Source: Candidatus Poseidoniia archaeon (lineage in GTDB: Archaea; Thermoplasmatota; Poseidoniia; MGIII; CG-Epi1). Taken from it: a DNA stretch of 34,357 bases. Shown one piece after another: positions 8,824 to 16,537 of this stretch. The number at the start of each line of letters is the position of its first letter. Within the stretch, counting starts at the first letter, position 1. The DNA lies in the NCBI GenBank assembly GCA_022449705.1, contig JAKURS010000002.1:1-34357 (forward strand). The letters run 5' to 3'. Both the position numbers and the translations under genes were made by a program. Below the pieces are notes generated by a model. The model was not told the origin of the DNA, made no database searches, and saw only the letters and a program-made list of their open reading frames with translations.

Positions 8824-9317
8824 GGGGCGCCAAGCGCCTGCTCCAGAAAAGCGCGCCGCTCCGCCTGCGTCGTGGCGCTGATGCCGAAATACTCGTCGAA
8901 TGCTTCCGTTACCGATAGCGCGAAGCTGCGGCCGGCGCGCTCCCGTTCAAGCATCCCCAGCTCGAGCAGCTCGCCGACATGCTCGTAGACCCGGGCGCCC
9001 ATGCGGCGCTTGAGCTCCGACTGCAGCATTGGCTGTTCGTGTGCTACCAGCGCCAGCGTCCGCAGCAGGTGTCCCGGGATTTCCTGCGGTGCCAGCCGGC
9101 GGCCATACGTAATCGCGTCGCGTCGCAACTGTAGCGCATACTTCTCGCCCAGCCGCACCACTTCCAGTGCACCTTCACGGCCGCGGCAGGCGGCGACTAG
9201 CTCCTGCAAGGCGCCATCCGCCGCCTTGAGGGGGAGTCCCGTGGCTTCAGCGACCTCCTGCGGTGTCAGCGGCCGGCCGGCAGAGAAGAGCGCCGCCTCG
9301 ACTGCCTTTGCGCTCAG
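8820..9317 (-). CDS. scpB: segregation and condensation protein B (ScpB); start uncertain, see findings
   Basis: The track ORF (8820-9209, TTG start) contains LLRTLALVAHEQPMLQSELKRRMGARVYEHVGELLELGMLER, a ScpB winged helix. My translation of the same frame upstream gives LSAKAVEAALFSAGRPLTPQEVAEATGLPLKAADGA, the typical ScpB N-terminal winged helix, with no ATG/GTG/TTG in it. I therefore extend to the CTG at 9317-9315, which overlaps the scpA TGA. The conservative coordinates are 8820-9209. Confidence 0.7.
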   Translation of the reverse strand: MSAKAVEAALFSAGRPLTPQEVAEATGLPLKAADGALQELVAACRGREGALEVVRLGEKYALQLRRDAITYGRRLAPQEIPGHLLRTLALVAHEQPMLQSELKRRMGARVYEHVGELLELGMLERERAGRSFALSVTEAFDEYFGISATTQAERRAFLEQALGAP

Positions 9318-10156
9318 CCCGCCGCCTCCAGGTTTCGCACGTAAATTGAGTGGCTGCGCAAGTCCTTCTGCTGGATATCTATGCGCCCTTCCCGCGCCAG
9401 GAAGAGCGACCCGACGAAGGTGCGCACGACGCTCGCCCGCTCGGGTGCGTCAACTAGGTCGCCAAGTGGAATCGGCTTGCCGTTCAGGGTATTGATTTTC
9501 TGCCACACCTGCTCCTTGTAGAGCGTCGGGTCGTCGCTGTGGATTTTATCCGCCAGGTGGCTGGCGTGGTCGTCCAGCACTGCCTGCCGCGCCTCGCGCA
9601 GCTGCCGGCGTCGCGCGACACGTGCGTGCCGTTCCATCTCCATCTGTCGCGCGTCTTCGAGCGCGCCGACCAGCTCCATCAGCGTCACCCGCCGCTCGCC
9701 GCGGAAACGCACCGTTTCCTCCAGCGGCGGCTCGGCCGCCATATCGAGCCGTTCAGCGTAGGTAGGTTCCCAGCCGAAGTCGAACGGCGCCCACTCCGCC
9801 TCCGGCTCGGGGAGCGGTTCGCTCGCCTCCACCGCGTCCGCCGAGCGCAGCCGCAGCACGTCCCAGGCCCACCCCAGGATAGCGCCCGCCAGTGGCAGGT
9901 CCAGCGCGCCCGCCCTGAGCGCGTGGCGCTGATATTCCTGTATCACCAGACCAAGGTCGAGCTGCCATGGGTCCAGCTCATGCTCGCGCACCAGCCGGAA
10001 CAGCACTGCGATGCTCCTGGCGAGTGGGTCCTCGATTGCGGTGATTTCCACCCCCGCCTCTGAAGCCTGTGCCAGCTCCAAGTAGCCGTCGACCCGCTCC
10101 GTGTCGCCGCCAACGATGGCCTTGTGGAACAGCAGGTGATTCTCGACCAGGCTCAC
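9314..10156 (-). CDS. scpA: segregation and condensation protein A (ScpA, kleisin)
   Basis: 280 aa. HELDPWQLDLGLVIQEYQ...LDLPLAGAILGWAWDVLRLRS matches the ScpA N-terminal SMC-neck-binding region. The C-terminal winged helix is TFVGSLFLAREGRIDIQQ. The GTG start overlaps the smc stop (GTGA), and the gene lies between smc and scpB. Confidence 0.8.
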   Translation of the reverse strand: MSLVENHLLFHKAIVGGDTERVDGYLELAQASEAGVEITAIEDPLARSIAVLFRLVREHELDPWQLDLGLVIQEYQRHALRAGALDLPLAGAILGWAWDVLRLRSADAVEASEPLPEPEAEWAPFDFGWEPTYAERLDMAAEPPLEETVRFRGERRVTLMELVGALEDARQMEMERHARVARRRQLREARQAVLDDHASHLADKIHSDDPTLYKEQVWQKINTLNGKPIPLGDLVDAPERASVVRTFVGSLFLAREGRIDIQQKDLRSHSIYVRNLEAAG

Positions 10157-13100
10157 GCCGCCACTTCCTCGGCGGGCAGCGAAGCGATGAAACTGTCAAT
10201 GTCGTGAATTTGGTGCAGGTGCGAGACCCCGTCGTCGGCCATGAAGACGCCCAGCACGTGCGCTGATTCTCGCAGCGCTGCGTGGTGCAGGCTCACGACC
10301 AGGAACTGCGCCACCTCCGACTGCAGTGCAATCGCGCGGCCGATATGCTCGGTGTTAACCCCGTCCAGGTTCTGGTCCGGTTCATCGAGCAGGTAGAAGG
10401 GGCTCGGATCGTAGCGCTGGATGGCGAAGATGAAAGCCATGCTGACGAGTGACTTTTCGCCCCCGGAGAGTGCCTCGACCGGGAAAAGCTGCTTGCGCGG
10501 CATGCGCGCCTTGATGAGCACGCCGCCGTCGAACACCGCTTCCGGCTTCTCCAGCTCCAGCCACGCCTTGCCGCCTCCGGTAAGCTCGGTGAAGGTAGCC
10601 TGGAAGTTCTCGTTGATATGTTTATAAACTTCAGTAAATCGCTCCAGCTTGCGCGCTGATATCTTGGCTTCGAGCGCCTCGAGCCTCCGCACCTCCTTGC
10701 GCAGCTGCTTGCGGTCTTCGCGGACGCGTGCCAGCCGCTCCTCCTCCTGCCGGTAGTGCTCGAGCGAGAGCATGTTGACGTTGCCCAGCCGGGAGCGCTG
10801 CTGTTCGAGCGACTCGCGCTGCAACTCCAGCTGCTCCGCGCCATCCACCTGCCGGGGCTGCTCTGCCTTCTCAGGCAGCCGCTCCCGCGCTTCCACCAGC
10901 TTTGGCTCACGCACCTGGATTTCCAGTTGCAGCTCATCTTTGGCCGTGCGCCGGCCACGGCCGAACTCCTCGCGCTGCGCCAGCGTAGTGCGCCGCTCTC
11001 CGAGCTGGTCGCGCAGGCTGTCACGCTGCTGCCGCAATCCTCCCAGCTCCTCGAATTTTTCATGCTCCTCGCGCTCCAGTGAAGCGACCTGTTGCGCCAG
11101 TTTACGCGCCAGCTTGCGCTCGGCGGCGTGATGCTGTTGCGTCTCGCGCTGCTCAGCGTCGTTCTGCTCCAGCGTGGCGGCGAGCCGCTCCGCTTCCGCC
11201 GCCGCTGGCGCCTCGCCCGCCTCCAACCGCGCTACCCCGGCACGTGTCTCGGCCAGTTCGTCGCGCAGCGTGGTGAGCGTCGCCTGCAGCTGCGCCAGCG
11301 CCTCCGCCGCGGCGCCACCGGTGAGCTGCTGTAGCTGTTCGGCGGCTTGCGCGACGCTCTCGCGTTGCGTCTCAATCTCGCCCTGCAACTGTACCAGCGC
11401 GTCCTCGCGCTGCGTCAGTTCGGTCTCCAGCGCCGCCACGGCGCCCTGCCGTGCCGCGAGTGTCTCTGTCGCCTGCTGTAGCTGTTCGGCGCTACGCGAC
11501 ACGGTCGAGTCGTAATCGGTCACGCGCGTCTGGATGGTTGCGCACTCGCTCTCCAGGGCAGCCTTCGCCTGCGCTACTTCCGCCAGTTCCTCGCGCAGCA
11601 TGCTGGCGGTCGCCCCCAGATCCAGGCTGCGCGCCTGCGCCGCCTTTACGCGCGCCGTCAGCTCGTCGAGCGTGGCGCGGTCACCGGTTGCGAAGTGTAC
11701 CCGCGCACGCGGCGGCGATCCGCCAGTCATTGCGCCGCCCGGCTCGAGCAGCTCACCTTCGAGCGTGACCATGCGCCCCTTGCCCAGCAGGGTGCGGGCT
11801 TCACGCAACGAGCGCATGATGACTGTATCACCGAAGACGTTGCCGAAGGCGTCCGCGTAGCGCGGGTCGAACTGCACTAGCTCCTGCGCGAAGCCGACCG
11901 CACCGGGCTGCTTGAGCAGCAGCAGTGCGTTGGCGCGGGGGCGGTAGCGCCGCAGCTTGTTGAGCGGCAGGAACCGTACCCGCCCCAGCCGGCGCTGTTT
12001 CAGGAACTCGATGGCCGTCCCGGCCGCCGCATCGTCCTCGACCACCACCGACTGCATGCGGCCGCCCGCTGCGACTTCCAGCGCCAGCGCGTGCTCTTCG
12101 TCGACTCGCCCCAGCTCGGCAACCGTGCCCACAATGCCTGGCAGGTCGCCCGCGTCGCGCGCTGCCAGTACCCCCTGCACTGCGCGCGCGTAGCCGCCCA
12201 GTTCATCCTGCGTGCGCTGCGCTGCCTGTTCAGCCGCCAGCGCAACGCTCGCTTCGTGCAGCTCGCGCTCCGCCCTCTCGAGCGCTTCGCTTGTCTGGGC
12301 CAGTTCCCCGCCCAGTTTGTCGTGCTTTCGTGTCACCTTGCGCAGGTTGTCAGCCGCCGACCTGCGCCCCAGCTGCAGATCCTGCAGCTGGAAGTTGGCG
12401 TCATCAGTGTCAGCCTGTGCCGCCGCGAGCAGCTGCTCGCCCCCTGCCGCCTGCTCGCGTACCTGTGCCAGCTGCAGTTCGAGCTGCTCGCGCTCACCCT
12501 CCAGCCGGTGGCGCTGCATTTCCAGCGTGCCTGCCGCCTGCCGCAGCTCGTCCAGTGCAGCGCGCTGCGCTTCGATTTCCTGCGATCCACTCGCGGCCGC
12601 GCCCTCCCGCTTCGCGAGCTGCGCCTCGCTCTCTGCCGCTTGCTCAGCGAGCGCTTCCGTCTCGCTGCGAGCTGTATCAAGTGACTTGCGCAGCGCCTTT
12701 AGTTCGCCGGCAGCGGTGCGATGCTCGGTGCGCAGTGTCTTGCGCACTGTTTCCAGCTCTGTCAGCCGTTTTTGTGCTTGTTCCGTGTTGCTCTGCGCCA
12801 GTGCCTGCGCGACGCGAGCCTCGTCCAGCTGCTGTTGCAGTTCGCGAGCGCGGTCGCCGCCTGCAGCGGAGATTTCCGCTTCTACCTTTTTATATTCGTC
12901 TTCGAGAGTCTCAATCGTCGCCTTCCGCTCTTTCAGCTCGCCTTTAAGCTCTTCCAGCTCCTTCCGGTAGCGGATGATAACCTCGCGGCGCGACTCCAGT
13001 GAAGCTTCCAGGTCGAGCACTTGCCGCCAGTGGCGCAGCAGTTCGTTTTCCTGTAGTTGCAGCAATATGGCTTCGAGTCGCTCAGCGTCGCGTTTCTCGC

Positions 13101-13737
13101 GCTCGAGCTGCCGTAGCAGTCGCTGGACCTCCCGCATTCTCTCCTCCAGCAGCGTCAGGTCTGCACCCACATGTTCGCGGGCGGAACGGGTCTTGTGCAA
13201 TCGCTGGTTGTAGGCGGTTATGCCGGCAACGTCCTCCAGCTTATGCCGCCGCTCGGTACCTGACATCAACGAAGTTTGCGTGACGTCGCCCTGCTGGATG
13301 ATGTTGTAGCCGGTGGCGTAGAGCCCGGCGCGCGAGAACAGGGCTTCAAACTCTCCCGCGGAAGAGGGCTCGCTGTTGAGCCGGTAGTAGGTAACGGGCT
13401 TGCTGCCGCGCAGCCGGACGCCCTTGGTGAATTTGACGAGGTTACTTTCGACCGAGAGATAGCGATCGGAGTTGTCGAACAGCATGCTTACCCGGCAATG
13501 CTTAGCTGCAGACTTGCGTCGCTTCCCTTCCTGATAGCCGAAAATCAGCTGGCTCAGCCGCCGCGCGCGCAGCAGTTTGGTCGAGCGCGAGCCGAGGATG
13601 AACAGGATGGCGTCGGTGATGTTACTCTTGCCCGAGCCGTTAGGGCCGGTGATGCAGGTGAAGCCGGCCCCGAAGGGAACGGTGACGTGGCCCTTGAAGG
13701 ATTTGAAGTTCTCGAACTCAAGTTCGAGAAGCCGCAA
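10153..13737 (-). CDS. smc: chromosome segregation ATPase SMC (canonical condensin-type)
   Basis: 1194 aa. N-terminus MRLLELEFENFKSFKG with Walker A GPNGSGKSN. Long Ala/Glu/Leu/Gln coiled coils. Hinge GIVGTVAELGRVDEEHALALEVAAGGRMQSVVVEDD...RLGRVRFLPLN. Signature LSGGEKSL and Walker B FYLLDEPD. The TTG start (13737-13735) immediately follows the fic TGA. Confidence 0.95.
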   Translation of the reverse strand: MRLLELEFENFKSFKGHVTVPFGAGFTCITGPNGSGKSNITDAILFILGSRSTKLLRARRLSQLIFGYQEGKRRKSAAKHCRVSMLFDNSDRYLSVESNLVKFTKGVRLRGSKPVTYYRLNSEPSSAGEFEALFSRAGLYATGYNIIQQGDVTQTSLMSGTERRHKLEDVAGITAYNQRLHKTRSAREHVGADLTLLEERMREVQRLLRQLEREKRDAERLEAILLQLQENELLRHWRQVLDLEASLESRREVIIRYRKELEELKGELKERKATIETLEDEYKKVEAEISAAGGDRARELQQQLDEARVAQALAQSNTEQAQKRLTELETVRKTLRTEHRTAAGELKALRKSLDTARSETEALAEQAAESEAQLAKREGAAASGSQEIEAQRAALDELRQAAGTLEMQRHRLEGEREQLELQLAQVREQAAGGEQLLAAAQADTDDANFQLQDLQLGRRSAADNLRKVTRKHDKLGGELAQTSEALERAERELHEASVALAAEQAAQRTQDELGGYARAVQGVLAARDAGDLPGIVGTVAELGRVDEEHALALEVAAGGRMQSVVVEDDAAAGTAIEFLKQRRLGRVRFLPLNKLRRYRPRANALLLLKQPGAVGFAQELVQFDPRYADAFGNVFGDTVIMRSLREARTLLGKGRMVTLEGELLEPGGAMTGGSPPRARVHFATGDRATLDELTARVKAAQARSLDLGATASMLREELAEVAQAKAALESECATIQTRVTDYDSTVSRSAEQLQQATETLAARQGAVAALETELTQREDALVQLQGEIETQRESVAQAAEQLQQLTGGAAAEALAQLQATLTTLRDELAETRAGVARLEAGEAPAAAEAERLAATLEQNDAEQRETQQHHAAERKLARKLAQQVASLEREEHEKFEELGGLRQQRDSLRDQLGERRTTLAQREEFGRGRRTAKDELQLEIQVREPKLVEARERLPEKAEQPRQVDGAEQLELQRESLEQQRSRLGNVNMLSLEHYRQEEERLARVREDRKQLRKEVRRLEALEAKISARKLERFTEVYKHINENFQATFTELTGGGKAWLELEKPEAVFDGGVLIKARMPRKQLFPVEALSGGEKSLVSMAFIFAIQRYDPSPFYLLDEPDQNLDGVNTEHIGRAIALQSEVAQFLVVSLHHAALRESAHVLGVFMADDGVSHLHQIHDIDSFIASLPAEEVAA

Positions 13738-14736
13738 TCAGAAGGCCTCCAGGTGCGCTTGCCGTGGTTCGGCCGGCAGCGCCTCCAGCCCGCCCCTGAC
13801 CCCGGTGCGGTGTTGCCGTCGGTACATTTTCCAGAAGCCGGAAATCAGCCGCCCGCGGTCGCCCCGGTCGCCCGCGACCAGTGCCGAGAGATAGCTGCTG
13901 CGGTCCTCGCGCTCCCAGAGCGGCGGCGGCAGTCCCACGCGGGCGCACATGCCTTCCAGTACCAGCCGCGCCACGAGGCCGTTGCCCGCCACGAACGGGT
14001 GCAGCTGCAGCAACCGGTGGTGGAACAGCGCCGCCCGCTCGAACGGATGCAGCGGTGAAGGGTCATGCCACCACTCGAGCAGTGCTTCCAGTTCGTCCTC
14101 GACCAGCACCGGCGGCGGCGGGACGAAGGCCGAGCCCGGGAGGCTGGCACTCACCTGCCGCAGCTGGCCGCCGTCGTCCTGCCCCTCGCGCAACTCATGG
14201 TGCAGCTTCAGGATTGAGCGCCGGTCGAGCCGCGCAACGCGTTCACCAGCCTCACGGTGGATCCGCCGCAGCGCCAGGACTTCGAGTACCCGCGTCAGTG
14301 GGATGCCGGACGGCGCGCGGTCGTGGAGCAGGACCGCCTCGGCCTGCTCGCGTGACAGCGGTTCGGAGGTGAGCAGCAGGTTGCCATACACCGCCGCCAG
14401 TTCAGTTCGCCTCGCCTCCCGCGCCCACGCCTCGGGGTCATCCTGTAGCCGGTTCTGCACACGCCGCAGGAACTTCAGCCGCTCGAGTCCCTTCAGCGCC
14501 TTCAGGTCAAGGTAGGGTGTGCGGAACATCCCGGCTGACGCCTTCGCCATGCGCTCGACCGCGGCCAGTTCCAGCTTAGGCCCGTGGACCGCCTTGAGCC
14601 GCTCCAGCTCCTGCTCTCCGGGCTCCTCCGGGCCGAGGTAGTGTTGCACTTTCTCGCTGCGGCCGTTGAACTTGAACGACTTGACGAGGTACCAGTACTG
14701 CTGCCCGCGAGTGGTCTTGCGCGTAAGGTAAACCAT
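13738..14736 (-). CDS. Fic/DOC-family protein with a non-canonical active-site motif
   Basis: 332 aa. Fic core: LEWWHDPSPLHPFERAALFHHRLLQLHPFVAGNGLVARLVLEG. The motif reads H-P-F-V-A-G-N-G-L-V-A-R against the canonical HxFx(D/E)GNGRxxR. The basic N-terminus MVYLTRKTTRGQQYWYLVKSFKFNGRSEKVQHYLG looks like the N-terminal module I associate with archaeal Fic proteins. Confidence 0.8.
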   Translation of the reverse strand: MVYLTRKTTRGQQYWYLVKSFKFNGRSEKVQHYLGPEEPGEQELERLKAVHGPKLELAAVERMAKASAGMFRTPYLDLKALKGLERLKFLRRVQNRLQDDPEAWAREARRTELAAVYGNLLLTSEPLSREQAEAVLLHDRAPSGIPLTRVLEVLALRRIHREAGERVARLDRRSILKLHHELREGQDDGGQLRQVSASLPGSAFVPPPPVLVEDELEALLEWWHDPSPLHPFERAALFHHRLLQLHPFVAGNGLVARLVLEGMCARVGLPPPLWEREDRSSYLSALVAGDRGDRGRLISGFWKMYRRQHRTGVRGGLEALPAEPRQAHLEAF

Positions 14737-14758
14737 AAGCCCGGCGCCATTGGTTCCA

Positions 14759-14770
14759 CCTTTTAAAGTT
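14759..14770 (-). promoter_or_regulatory. TATA box (minus strand AACTTTAAAAGG) of the fic-smc-scpAB-tatA operon
   Basis: TTTAAAA core centred about 28 nt upstream of the fic ATG (14736), implying a leaderless or near-leaderless transcript. Confidence 0.45.
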
Positions 14771-14830
14771 TTTGGATTCAGGTGTCTAGTGGAAAATGAG
14801 CTTAATGCACCACCTTTCCACAGGAAATAA

Positions 14831-15066
14831 GGAAGTAGTGGGGCAGGCGCCTACCGTCGAGCGGCCGGCCGGTTTTTGGCGCGCCGCAAGGTGCCGCCCG
14901 CGATGCGGTCGCCCTTTGTCTGCACCGAAAACGGTGCGCGCTCGTAGACGGCCGAAGGGCGTATGCGCCACCTGCGCCGAACTGGCCCTAGGGAGTGGCA
15001 GCACCCGGCCGGTGCGGCGCGCGACGACAGATTCGCGCGCGTGGGGAAGCGCTACTGGCCGCTTCT
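14831..15066. other. GC-rich, hairpin-dense non-coding block; candidate structured RNA of unknown class, strand undetermined
   Basis: It lies between the fic TATA box (14759-14770) and the pit TATA box (15101-15112). Perfect hairpins: GCACCG-AAAA-CGGUGC (14922-14937), GCGCGCGA/UCGCGCGC (15017-15024 with 15033-15040), GCACC/GGUGC (15001-15015) and GGAAGCG/CGCUUCU (15045-15051 with 15060-15066). There is a 9-bp long-range complement (14879-14887 with 15014-15022) and a possible closing helix (14834-14840 with 15050-15056). The only ORFs here are Arg-rich and implausible. Confidence 0.25.
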
Positions 15067-15100
15067 GGAAGTAAATAGTCTTTATGGATAATAATAGCTA

Positions 15101-15112
15101 ATATTTATTTAA
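15101..15112 (+). promoter_or_regulatory. TATA-like box (ATATTTATTTAA) for pit
   Basis: Strongly AT-rich stretch (15070-15112), with the box centre about 28 nt upstream of the pit ATG at 15134. Confidence 0.4.
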
Positions 15113-15133
15113 CCCCCTTCCAAGCGGCAGCCG

Positions 15134-16537
15134 ATGCTCGAACTGATGATACTGCTCGCCATTGCCGTAGCGGCGTACATGGCGTGGAATATTGGTGCCA
15201 ACGACGTCGCCAACGCCATGGGTACCAGCGTCGGGAGCGGCGCGCTGACCCTGCGCAATGCCATAATCATCGCAGCGGTCTTCGAGTTTTGCGGTGCCTT
15301 CTTCGCTGGAGACGCTGTAACCGACACGGTACGCAAGGGAGTGCTTGTTATTTCCGAGGAAGAGATGGCCAGCCTCTCCCGCGAGCTGCAGTACGGCTTC
15401 ATCGCTGCCATGCTGGCGGCCGCGCTCTGGATTACGGTTGCCACCCGCTACGGGCTGCCGGTCTCGACAACTCATAGCATCATAGGTGGCATAATCGGTT
15501 TCGGCCTCTTTATCGACCCGACCCTAATAGATTTCCAGAAAGTCGGCCAGATAGTCCTGAGCTGGATTTTTTCCCCGTTGCTGGGCGGGGTGCTGGCCTA
15601 CGGGACTTTCACAGTCATACGCATGACCATCATGGAATCCGAGGACCCCATCCAGCGCTCCCGCTGGATGGCACCAATCCTGGCTTTTCCAACCTTCTTC
15701 GTACTTGGACTGGCGCTTCAGTACAAGGCGCTCAAGTACCTGCTGCCATCCACTTGGTTGCCGGCTAAAGATTGCGCCGCAAATATCGGTTTCACGGAAG
15801 CGGTTGCGGAATGCCTGCCTGTGCAGAGCCTGCAAATAGCGCTGTTATTAGCAGCACTGGCTAGTCTGTCTCTCTACTTGCTGTTACGCAATCATGAGTT
15901 CAAGGAGACAGGTTATGCAGGTGTCGAGCAGATTTTTGTCTGGCTGCAGATAATCACTGCCTGCTACGTCGCCTTTGCTCACGGAGCGAACGACCGTAGC
16001 AACGCTATCGGACCAATGGCGGCAGTCTGGCAGGTCTACCAGATGGGCGTACTGAGTCCGGAAGCCGAGGTCCCCCTATGGCTGGTACTGCTGGGAAGTG
16101 CCGGCATCGTCGTCGGTATCGCCACCTGGGGCCATCGCGTTATGAAGACGATTGGTGAGAAAATAACCCACATCACTCCCACTCGCGGTTTTGCAGCCCA
16201 GTTCGCCGCCGCAACCATCGTTCTCTTATTCTCCCTGCCCTTCCTGGCCGTGCCCATCTCCACTACCCATACTCTCGTGGGCTCGGTGGTGGGGGTCGGG
16301 CTGGCAAGGGGGACCTCATCAGTGGATTTCGGCGTTTTCGGAAAGATTGCCGCCAGCTGGGTCGCCAGCATCCCAGCCGCCGGCATCGGGGCAGTCCTGC
16401 TTTACCTGGTTTTCGGGCTGAATGAAACACGTTTCATCATTTCGGTCAGCTTGATACTGGCCGCCATCATGTGGATACTTTACCAGTCAATCGGGTCGGA
16501 ACCCAGGGTTGAAATCGAAATTGGGGGTGCGGAATGA
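15134..16537 (+). CDS. pit: inorganic phosphate transporter, PiT (PHO4) family
   Basis: 467 aa polytopic membrane protein with both PHO4 repeats: NIGANDVANAMGTSVGSG near the N-terminus and AHGANDRSNAIGPMAAV in the second half. Confidence 0.93.
   Translation: MLELMILLAIAVAAYMAWNIGANDVANAMGTSVGSGALTLRNAIIIAAVFEFCGAFFAGDAVTDTVRKGVLVISEEEMASLSRELQYGFIAAMLAAALWITVATRYGLPVSTTHSIIGGIIGFGLFIDPTLIDFQKVGQIVLSWIFSPLLGGVLAYGTFTVIRMTIMESEDPIQRSRWMAPILAFPTFFVLGLALQYKALKYLLPSTWLPAKDCAANIGFTEAVAECLPVQSLQIALLLAALASLSLYLLLRNHEFKETGYAGVEQIFVWLQIITACYVAFAHGANDRSNAIGPMAAVWQVYQMGVLSPEAEVPLWLVLLGSAGIVVGIATWGHRVMKTIGEKITHITPTRGFAAQFAAATIVLLFSLPFLAVPISTTHTLVGSVVGVGLARGTSSVDFGVFGKIAASWVASIPAAGIGAVLLYLVFGLNETRFIISVSLILAAIMWILYQSIGSEPRVEIEIGGAE

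Noticed and set aside
10293-13283. Numerous long ORFs on both strands within smc (for example 10293-11063 minus, 12212-12970 plus, 12291-12947 plus, 12091-12684 plus)
   Set aside because: They are frame-shifted or antisense readings of the Ala/Glu/Leu/Gln coiled-coil codons. These give Ser/Cys/Arg/Ala-rich low-complexity strings. All overlap a complete canonical SMC.
10153-13737. The possibility that the SMC-kleisin genes form a defence system (Wadjet/JetABCD-like or Lamassu-like)
   Set aside because: The protein is a full-length canonical SMC with a standard hinge (GxxGxL...ALGGRMQSVVV-type), a signature motif and a Walker B. It is followed by bona fide scpA and scpB. No JetA/JetD-type or nuclease partner is present. 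I read it as housekeeping condensin.
13276-14515. Plus-strand ORFs 13276-14058 (260 aa), 13881-14372 and 13949-14515
   Set aside because: They are antisense to the smc 5' end and to fic. Their composition is Arg/Pro/Ala-rich, and the minus-strand frames carry clear Walker A and Fic motifs.
14831-15066. SRP (7S) RNA or RNase P RNA in the GC-rich intergenic block
   Set aside because: I searched both strands by eye for the SRP helix-8 signature (GNAR tetraloop flanked by AGG / AGCA) and for the RNase P CR-I motif (GAGGAAAGUCC) and found neither. A covariance-model search would be needed to exclude them fully.
14786-15074. ORFs 14786-15004 (minus, 72 aa) and 14796-15074 (plus, 92 aa) in the fic/pit intergenic region
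   Set aside because: They are extremely Arg-rich, lack any motif and overlap each other. I treat the region as non-coding (see the structured-RNA finding).
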